Assembly: GCF_009831105.1 (NCBI RefSeq)
Contig: NZ_WUUQ01000007.1
Coordinates: 1-32,000 of the forward strand
Length of the DNA stretch: 32,000 bases
Origin: Copranaerobaculum intestinale
GTDB taxonomy: Bacteria > Bacillota_I > Bacilli_A > Erysipelotrichales > Erysipelotrichaceae
Direction of reading: 5' to 3'
The notes under the pieces are model-generated. The model worked only from the letters and a program-made list of their open reading frames with translations, had not been told where the DNA came from and did no database searches. The translations under genes were made by a program, and so were the position numbers. Positions 23,664 through 32,000 of the stretch are shown here, one piece after another. Position 1 is the first letter of the stretch, and every line of letters begins with the position of its first letter.

Positions 23664-23690
23664 TTAGCAGTTAGGTTTCATGAGTGCTAA
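23664..23690 (+). promoter_or_regulatory. CIRCE operator 2 (HrcA binding site)
   Basis: TTAGCAGTT-N9-GAGTGCTAA, located between the -10 and the groES RBS. Confidence 0.85.
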
Positions 23691-23711
23691 ATAAAAGGAG
23701 GAAATAGAGAA

Positions 23712-25624
<1,913 letters not shown>

Positions 25625-25644
25625 TCGATTTTGGAAAGATAAGG

Positions 25645-25679
25645 AAAAGAGACGCTGTATTTTAACGTCTCTTTTTTTT
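25645..25679 (+). terminator. Intrinsic terminator of groESL
   Basis: AAAAGAGACG (25645-25654) / CGTCTCTTTT (25666-25675) followed by more T residues. Confidence 0.9.
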
Positions 25680-25738
25680 GATCATTTGTGAAGGTTGTGA
25701 TTTTCTTGGTGTAAATGCATAAAATACCCAGATAATGA

Positions 25739-25765
25739 TTGAATTTATTGATGTTTTGTTATATT
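25739..25765 (+). promoter_or_regulatory. Candidate promoter of the pilin gene (extended -10)
   Basis: TGtTATATT at 25757-25765 and TTGAAT at 25739-25744 (15-nt spacer), in an AT-rich intergenic region. Confidence 0.35.
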
Positions 25766-25807
25766 CTATAATTATAGTTTCGTACTATTTACTAGGAGGG
25801 TTTATAA

Positions 25808-26236
25808 ATGAATAAATTAAAAAAGATGAAGGATAATGTAAAGGGGTTTACATTAGTTGAAATCATTGTTGTTTTACTGATTTTAGCTATCTTAGCCGCA
25901 ATCGCAATCCCATCAATGCTTGGTTATGTGAATGAAGCTCGTAACAGCGAGTATATTGCGGAAGCACGTACCGGTTATGTGGCAGCTCAAACAGTTGCTA
26001 CCCAGCAGGCTGCTGCACCGACTACACCATCCGATGCGGATATTGCTAAATACGTAGTTGACGCTGCAAATCTAAAAGAGATCAATAAATACATCGGCAA
26101 TGATACAAAGGTTACATCTGTCAAAGATGCTACTGTAGTAAACGGACGTCTGACAAAGTTAACGGTTACTATTACCGTAGACGGCAGTGATAAAACGGTT
26201 GTATTCGCTGATGGCGAAGCAAAAATGAAAGATTAG
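25808..26236 (+). CDS. pilA: Type IV (major) pilin with class III prepilin signal
   Basis: MNKLKKMKDNVKG|FTLVEIIVVLLILAILAAIAIP has Gly-1, Phe+1, Glu+5 and a hydrophobic alpha1-N helix. First gene of the cluster, with strong RBS TAGGAGGG. Confidence 0.85.
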   Translation: MNKLKKMKDNVKGFTLVEIIVVLLILAILAAIAIPSMLGYVNEARNSEYIAEARTGYVAAQTVATQQAAAPTTPSDADIAKYVVDAANLKEINKYIGNDTKVTSVKDATVVNGRLTKLTVTITVDGSDKTVVFADGEAKMKD

Positions 26237-26255
26237 TATTGTAAATATTGAATAT

Positions 26256-26300
26256 AAGTCCCTGCCTGTTTGCCGGAAGCAAGCGGGAAGGGACTTTCTC
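26256..26300 (+). terminator. Long hairpin/partial terminator after the pilin gene
   Basis: 18-nt arms at 26256-26273 and 26279-26296 (1 mismatch, 2 G-U pairs), 5-nt loop, then TCTC after ...ACTT. Confidence 0.6.
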
Positions 26301-26323
26301 ACATACATGAAAGGTAGGATTAT

Positions 26324-27091
26324 ATGAAGGGAATCATGATCATCAGCTATGTCTATCTATTTGTTGTTGGAGTGTGCGTAGCAAGCTTTATCAATGTGGT
26401 GGTCTATCGGGTTCCCTTACATATTTCAGTGGCAAAAGGCAGATCCTTCTGTCCATCTTGTCATCATTCGCTGAAAGCACTGGATTTGATTCCGGTATTC
26501 AGTTATTTGTTGCTTCGGGGAAAATGCCGCTATTGCCAAGCAGCGATATCCGTCCGTTATCCGATTGTGGAATTGATCGGCGGATTGCTTGCGGTTTTGT
26601 GCTTTCATCATTATGGATTTGACTGGATGACGATCTTATCGTTCGTTATCTTTATGATTTTACTAAGTATTGCACTTATTGATTTTGATACAATGACAAT
26701 TCCTAACGGCCTGCTGTTGTTTTTGCTTCCGCTGGCAATTGTGATTGCTGTATTAAATCCGCAAATTGATTGGATCAGCCGGAGCATCGGTTTTTTCATC
26801 GTTAGTCTGCCGATGTATTTGCTTGATTATATCATCCCCGATTGTTTTGGTGGAGGAGATATTAAAATGATGGCAGTATGCGGCATTATGCTGGGTTGGA
26901 TCAATACACTGGTTGCGATGTTTATCGGCATTATGACATGTGGGATCGCTGCCAGCGTTCTATTGCTTCAAAAGAAAGCAGATCGCAAAATGCACATAGC
27001 ATTTGGTCCGTATCTGGCATTTGGTGTCGGTGCAGCCTTGCTGTATGGAGAACCCCTGCTGAGAAGCTACCTTGCTTTATTTGGTTTATAG
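26324..27091 (+). CDS. pilD: Prepilin peptidase (A24 family, PilD/ComC-type)
   Basis: N-terminal Cys box CPSCHHSL...GKCRYC. Catalytic Asp contexts IDFDTMTIPN and GGGDIKMM. Polytopic membrane protein. Confidence 0.9.
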   Translation: MKGIMIISYVYLFVVGVCVASFINVVVYRVPLHISVAKGRSFCPSCHHSLKALDLIPVFSYLLLRGKCRYCQAAISVRYPIVELIGGLLAVLCFHHYGFDWMTILSFVIFMILLSIALIDFDTMTIPNGLLLFLLPLAIVIAVLNPQIDWISRSIGFFIVSLPMYLLDYIIPDCFGGGDIKMMAVCGIMLGWINTLVAMFIGIMTCGIAASVLLLQKKADRKMHIAFGPYLAFGVGAALLYGEPLLRSYLALFGL

Positions 27092-27103
27092 GAGATGTGA
27101 AAT

Positions 27104-28300
27104 ATGGCCGTCTTTAAATATACCGCAAAAGATATTGAATCTAATGTGATAACCGGCAAGCATGATGCGGATGACAAACATGAGCTTGCGGTTTTCCTGC
27201 GCTCGCAGAATCTATTTCTGATCAAATGCAGGGAACTGCCGGCTCAGGAAGACAATATCAATAAGATTAAATTAAATGAATTATCCGATTTTTCCCGGCA
27301 GCTGTCAGCAATGCTGTCCTCCGGAGTTTCACTGATTCGGGCGATGGAAATATTACTGAGAAGAAAGCATAAGCCTCAAGTGCACCTGATTTATGAAAAT
27401 CTGTATCGTATGCTGCAGCAGGGCAATACATTGTCAGATGCGATGGAGGCTCAGGGCAAAGCGTTTCCTCCGTTGATGATCAGCATGTTTCGGGCTGGGG
27501 AATCGAGCGGACAATTAGATAAGGCAGCGAAGAAAATCTCGGATCAGTATGCGAAGGATTATCGGCTGCACAATAAACTGAAAAGCGCGTCGACCTATCC
27601 GATCATACTGCTGATTACTACTTGTGTAGTTGTATTTGCCGTCTTTAAATTTATACTGCCATCCTTCTTTGAAATGTTTGATAAAGTAGAATTGCCTTGG
27701 ATCACAACGGTAGTGATCAAGATAAGTGAGGTTGTCAATGAATATTGGATGTTTCTGATCATCGGCATACTATGTCTGATCGGTTTGATTGCCATCTTGG
27801 TGAATGTCCCGTCGGTACGCTATCAGTATGATCGATGCAAGGTCAAAGCACCCAAAATCGGATGGCTCATGCAGATTATCTATACCGCACGTTTTGCAAG
27901 AACGCTGTGTTCTTTATACAACAGTGGAATTTCAATTGTATCAGCCCTGCAGATTGTTCGTGATACAATGGGCAACACGTATATCGAAGCTCAGTTTGAT
28001 CAGCTGATCCGTGATGTGCGTAACGGTACAGCCCTGTCGACAGCAATCCAGCAGATCGATGGTTTTGATCAAAAGCTTTCTTCCAATATCGCGGTTGGTG
28101 AAGAAAGCGGTAAGCTTGAGGACATGCTGGAATCCATTGCGGATGAGTTTGATTATGAATCCGAGGAAGCGACGCAGCGATTGGTTACGCTGATGGAACC
28201 GCTACTGATAATCTTTATGGCTTTGATTATCGGAACCATTATGATTTCGGTCATGCTTCCGATATTTCAGCTTTATCAAAATACCAGTGCATTTACGTAA
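27104..28300 (+). CDS. pilC: Type IV pilus platform protein PilC (GspF family)
   Basis: Two GspF-type repeats (LSAMLSSGVSLIRAME... and LCSLYNSGISIVSALQ...) with 3 TM segments. 398 aa. Confidence 0.9.
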   Translation: MAVFKYTAKDIESNVITGKHDADDKHELAVFLRSQNLFLIKCRELPAQEDNINKIKLNELSDFSRQLSAMLSSGVSLIRAMEILLRRKHKPQVHLIYENLYRMLQQGNTLSDAMEAQGKAFPPLMISMFRAGESSGQLDKAAKKISDQYAKDYRLHNKLKSASTYPIILLITTCVVVFAVFKFILPSFFEMFDKVELPWITTVVIKISEVVNEYWMFLIIGILCLIGLIAILVNVPSVRYQYDRCKVKAPKIGWLMQIIYTARFARTLCSLYNSGISIVSALQIVRDTMGNTYIEAQFDQLIRDVRNGTALSTAIQQIDGFDQKLSSNIAVGEESGKLEDMLESIADEFDYESEEATQRLVTLMEPLLIIFMALIIGTIMISVMLPIFQLYQNTSAFT

Positions 28301-28312
28301 GGAGGATAAGGG

Positions 28313-29194
28313 ATGAACACAGTCATACATATTTCCCAGGAGGGCATTCACGCCATTCATGGCGAGTTTTCCAAGGGAACCTTTACGATTGATTATTTGG
28401 ATACATTTCCATTGCCGGAGGAAAGCATGATCAATGGTGTGATCGCGGATGAGCATGCGCTTACTTCAGCCTTGCAGAAACTGCACGGGGCCAATATTGA
28501 TAAAGTGATGCTGGTTATCGGCAGCGGCAATATTTTGCTGAAAAATATCAAAGTTCCTAAAATGTCCAAACAGCGTCTGCTGAATTTTACCAAGGATGAA
28601 CTCAGCTCTTTGGAAAATGCCAATGCAGAAGATTACATTTATGATTATGCGGTATTGAATGATACAGTTGGCCGCGGCGGTGAAATCCTGTGCTGCGGGG
28701 TCGAGCGCAGCTTGATCAAGAGCTACCTGGATGTGTTTGAAGGGGCAGGCATTAAAATCCAATCCATAGATGTATCGGTATATGCAATCTGCAAGCTTGT
28801 AACCAACCTAAAGGAATTTCATAATAAGACATATATCTTAAATATCATTGACGGCAACAACTTGGTAACGCTGCTGTTTGTCGATAATCAATATACGTTC
28901 CACAATTGAAACCGTTTATTTGCAGAACGGGGCAGTGAAGCTTTGATTAGTGAGATTACCCGCCATACTTCGCAGATGATCCAGTTTGCCAAATCACAGC
29001 TTCGTGATATCAGCTTTGATGCGATGTATATCAGCGGGGTGAAAGCGAATGAGAGCGGAATTTATGATATGATCCAGTCCATTTTCCAAGTTCCAGGGCT
29101 TCCTTTTCCTAAAAGCAGCGATCTGGTTATCAAGGATGAACATCAAAATGTGGACGGTTATTTGTTCTGTATCGGTACATTAGTAAGAAAGTGA
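28313..29194 (+). pseudogene. pilM: PilM-like pilus assembly protein interrupted by one in-frame TGA (28907-28909)
   Basis: ORFs 28313-28909 and 28943-29194 are in the same frame, and the 33 nt between them are open (NRLFAERGSEA). The only interruption is TGA 28907-28909. Position upstream of the PilN/PilO-like genes and the N-terminal layout fit PilM. Confidence 0.6.
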
Positions 29195-29203
29195 GGGATA
29201 GGC

Positions 29204-29911
29204 ATGGGCAATCTGCAAAAGAAAAATATAGATTTACTGCGTGCCTATCGGCAGCATTCTACCAAAAAGAATGATGTTCCGATGTGGGCTAAATTAGCAA
29301 TACCGCCGTTGGTGCTGTTTTTGATTTTAACTTCACTATTTGCTTATGGTACGCTGGAAAGCAATCGTTATCGGCGGGAATTGAAAGAAGCCAAGTCTGA
29401 AATAGCTGCATTGGAAGCAAACGGCACCAATGAACAGATCAATAAGCTTCAGGATGCGGTAACGACAAATAAAAAGAAAGTAAGCAACTTACAGAAGGTT
29501 CTTGATAATCTGGATACATATCCCCGGCTTCAGCGAAGCGCAATCGATACCATTACGACTGCGTGTGGAACTACGGTCAATATCAAAGATCTGACATTTG
29601 ATGAAAATTATGGAACGATTACGATCACGGCCCAAACTGCTTATGTATATGAAACATCTGATCTGATTACACGGCTGAAAAAAAGCGGGGCGTTTTCGTC
29701 TGTATATTACAGCGGTTATTATGAGAAATCGGAAGTTGAAACAGCTGCCGGTACGGATGAAGAAAAGAATGCCAGTAGTGAACAGGCTGGTTCAGATGAG
29801 AAAAATGATGAAAAACAGGAAGAAGATGCTGCGGCATCCGCAAAAGTAAAGAAAAATGCAGCCGGCTTTTATGAGCTGAGCATAGTCTGCGTATTAAAGG
29901 CAGGTGTTTAA
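29204..29911 (+). CDS. PilN-like bitopic pilus alignment protein with acidic C-terminal tail
   Basis: Short cytoplasmic N-terminus with NIDLLRAY (compare the PilN INLLP motif), one TM (LAIPPLVLFLILTSLFAYG) and a coiled-coil. The tail is Glu/Asp/Lys-rich (TDEEKNASSEQAGSDEKNDEKQEEDAAAS). Confidence 0.55.
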   Translation: MGNLQKKNIDLLRAYRQHSTKKNDVPMWAKLAIPPLVLFLILTSLFAYGTLESNRYRRELKEAKSEIAALEANGTNEQINKLQDAVTTNKKKVSNLQKVLDNLDTYPRLQRSAIDTITTACGTTVNIKDLTFDENYGTITITAQTAYVYETSDLITRLKKSGAFSSVYYSGYYEKSEVETAAGTDEEKNASSEQAGSDEKNDEKQEEDAAASAKVKKNAAGFYELSIVCVLKAGV

Positions 29912-29912
29912 T

Positions 29913-30527
29913 ATGCGTAAGTTGACAAGACGTGAAATGATACTGCTGTATATCTTGATCTGCCTGCTTGTGGTTGTGTTTGGCTGGATGATTTTAGCGA
30001 TGCCGGCGCTTGAGAAAGCAAATGCGGCAAAAAGCGAAGCAATTCAAGCTCAGAGCAATTTGACTTCTTTGAAAATGAATCAAAGCGGTCTGGAGGATTT
30101 GCAGGTGCAGTCCGATAATTTGATCGTGGAACTGAACGGTTTGATTTCAAAGTATGCTGTTCCTAAAGCCAATGAAGAAATCGACAAACAGCTGACGACG
30201 CTGGCACAGAAATATTATCTGCTCCCAGCCGACTTGGAGATTTCGCAGCGTACACGAGTTGCGATTGTTTCATTGGATGAACGATTGAAGCTGAAAGAAG
30301 AAAAAAAGGAGCTGCCGGCAACAAAAGATGGGAAGCCGAAAGGAACTCAATGTGATGTTGTTTATGTGACGATGAAAGTTTATGGTTCGCAAAGCAGCGC
30401 TGCCGCATTGGCACAGGAAGTATCTACGTATACGACCATGCGGTTGAACAGTATGAGCGTGGATAATATTGAAAATACAATTACCTTTAAATTCGCAATG
30501 TATTTGATTCCTACTGAGGATGCGTAA
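29913..30527 (+). CDS. PilO-like bitopic pilus alignment protein
   Basis: N-terminal TM (ILLYILICLLVVVFGWMILAM) followed by a coiled-coil. Follows the PilN-like gene with a 1-nt gap (TAAtATG). Confidence 0.5.
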   Translation: MRKLTRREMILLYILICLLVVVFGWMILAMPALEKANAAKSEAIQAQSNLTSLKMNQSGLEDLQVQSDNLIVELNGLISKYAVPKANEEIDKQLTTLAQKYYLLPADLEISQRTRVAIVSLDERLKLKEEKKELPATKDGKPKGTQCDVVYVTMKVYGSQSSAAALAQEVSTYTTMRLNSMSVDNIENTITFKFAMYLIPTEDA

Positions 30528-30998
30528 ATGAAGCAGAATCAGAAAGGGTCAACGTTAGTATGGGCCATTACAATCATTATGGTCATGATGGTGCTGATTA
30601 CCGCGATGCTGACGATTTCTCATCAGTATTATGCACGTACCCAGCAAAATTTTAAAATCAGACAGGCGAAGGTAACTGCCCAGGCGGCAGGAGATTCGTT
30701 ATCTGAACTGATTCATTCCAACCGAAGCGGAATGATGCTGACCCTAGTTCCGGAAAAATATGATGGAAGTGCAAATGCGGTCATCCATGTAGAAAAGCTG
30801 AAGCTGGGTGATAAAATGGGGACTGCTCAGGCTACGATCACGCGCACCAAGGAAGATCGGCTGACAATCAAAATCAAAGCAGAATATGCGGAGATAGAGG
30901 CAGAATTAACTGTAACGATGCAGCTGAAGGATTCCGATAAGGGTGGCCAGGCTTGGGTTCGTGTAGATTACAATAACGGATCGGAGGCAAACTCATGA
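30528..30998 (+). CDS. PilX/ComGG-like pseudopilin lacking Glu+5
   Basis: MKQNQKG|STLVWAITIIMVMMVLITAML has Gly then a hydrophobic helix, but Trp at +5 instead of Glu. Confidence 0.5.
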   Translation: MKQNQKGSTLVWAITIIMVMMVLITAMLTISHQYYARTQQNFKIRQAKVTAQAAGDSLSELIHSNRSGMMLTLVPEKYDGSANAVIHVEKLKLGDKMGTAQATITRTKEDRLTIKIKAEYAEIEAELTVTMQLKDSDKGGQAWVRVDYNNGSEANS

Positions 30999-31885
30999 GA
31001 CGATTGGATAAGCGAGGAATGACGATACTGGAGATCATTGTAACGATCATGGTGTTAGCGATCGCATTAACCATTCTTACCTCCGGTATTTTTGCGGCAA
31101 ATAATTTGATGAAAGAGGGACGTCACGCTCAGCAGGCTCTGGATAATCAAACATCAGCCTTGAATGGTACCATTGCGAATACTACCAAATTGGATAAAGA
31201 AAAGCAGTCCATGTCTTTTATGGTAAATGGTTCAACCTATCGCTTCAGCGGAACTGCATTGACTGGACGAGACACGCTCTATGATGATATCCATCTGCAG
31301 GGCTTTACCTTGAAGGAATCATTGGATTATTCTGTGGAATATCAAGCGTATTTATACATGAAGGGAATGCCTGATGTATTCCGTGACCTATTAAGAATGG
31401 GTTCTGAAGAAAAACAACAGGTTATCAATGTGTTCCAAAGCTTGGGAAGCACGGTTACTTCCTTGTATTTAAACAATGATGAATTTATCATGTACATGTT
31501 CCATTATTATTACGGCAGGAACTGGCCGGATTTCAATAAAGAGCTGCAGAAACAGCTTCCTGAATCGCTTCAAAATAAGGCTTATGTAATCCGTACTTTT
31601 ATGAGCTCACCGATCAATGATTCCAGTACGATCATCGTATATGCGACGGAATATACAAGTGCAATCAAAGGCAGTTGGGGAACGTCACTGATTTATGATT
31701 ACGGCGATGGAGAAGATCCGAATACGGCTGCTGGCTGGTACTATATGCATAATACAGGTGCAACATGTCTGGGCAGAAAAGGAAGCTGTATGCTGACCGA
31801 CTTTAATAATAATGCGCATACATGGAGCGAGCTTCAAAGAGAATTAAGAAATACCAATGTATGGACGCCGCTTGGAGAATCTTGA
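30995..31885 (+). CDS. Large minor pilin (296 aa) with prepilin signal
   Basis: MRRLDKRG|MTILEIIVTIMVLAIALTIL has Gly-1 and Glu+5. ATGA overlap with the preceding gene. Confidence 0.7.
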   Translation: MRRLDKRGMTILEIIVTIMVLAIALTILTSGIFAANNLMKEGRHAQQALDNQTSALNGTIANTTKLDKEKQSMSFMVNGSTYRFSGTALTGRDTLYDDIHLQGFTLKESLDYSVEYQAYLYMKGMPDVFRDLLRMGSEEKQQVINVFQSLGSTVTSLYLNNDEFIMYMFHYYYGRNWPDFNKELQKQLPESLQNKAYVIRTFMSSPINDSSTIIVYATEYTSAIKGSWGTSLIYDYGDGEDPNTAAGWYYMHNTGATCLGRKGSCMLTDFNNNAHTWSELQRELRNTNVWTPLGES

Positions 31886-31898
31886 AAGGAGCATCATC

Positions 31899-32000
31899 AT
31901 GAAATATCTTCGCAATCATAAGGGCATGACATTGATCGAAATCATAATTACCCTTTTCATTGCGTCGATCATCCTGGTTATGTCCAGCTCGATTCTATTG
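31899..32000 (+). CDS. Further prepilin-type protein, 5' part only (runs off the window)
   Basis: Not in the ORF track. ATG 31899 after GAAAGGAG gives MKYLRNHKG|MTLIEIIITLFIASIILVMSSSILL (Gly-1, Glu+5). Confidence 0.7.
   Translation, partial: MKYLRNHKGMTLIEIIITLFIASIILVMSSSILL

Noticed and set aside
28907-28909. In-frame TGA in pilM read as a Mollicutes-like TGA=Trp code or as selenocysteine
   Set aside because: About nine well-supported genes in the window terminate at TGA (for example at 1090, 2664, 5774, 10635, 21101 and 22180), so TGA is a stop here. Only a weak 5-bp hairpin follows the codon, nothing resembling a bacterial SECIS, and PilM is not a known selenoprotein.

Overview
All recognisable genes in this 32-kb window are on the + strand. 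It looks like chromosomal DNA from a low-GC Gram-positive bacterium (Bacillota). Supporting features are CIRCE-controlled groESL, LSGC lipoboxes, LevR-type sigma54 activators and a Gram-positive-style type IV pilus locus. Genus cannot be assigned from sequence alone.

Gene order:
1. The 3' end of a 5S rRNA with its terminator.
2. An ArsP_2-type 10-TM transporter.
3. A tight five-gene array bounded by terminators: W-rich TPR protein, S41-like lipoprotein, WYL/YafY regulator, COG1533 (SplB-like) radical SAM protein, and an SRAP/YedK-type protein.
4. Two tandem paralogous modules. Each has a LevR-type sigma54 enhancer-binding protein, a perfect -24/-12 promoter and mannose-family PTS EIIA/B/C/D genes. 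Module 1 carries a BtpA/SgcQ-family gene between EIIA and EIIB. Module 2 is followed by two SIS-domain genes (one FrlB-like) and a HAD phosphatase, which resembles the gfr fructosamine locus.
5. A second WYL regulator with a GyrI-like protein.
6. A small lipoprotein.
7. groES-groEL with two CIRCE operators.
8. The start of a type IV pilus locus: pilin, prepilin peptidase, PilC, PilM-like gene with an in-frame TGA, PilN-like, PilO-like and three more (pseudo)pilins. No assembly ATPase lies inside the window.

No CRISPR array, tRNA, transposase or integrase was seen.

Most second-look-worthy items:
- The WYL / radical-SAM / SRAP array.
- The duplicated sigma54 modules, which share an identical promoter but have diverged upstream repeats.
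- The BtpA-family gene embedded in a PTS operon.
- The interrupted pilM inside an ATPase-less pilus cluster.
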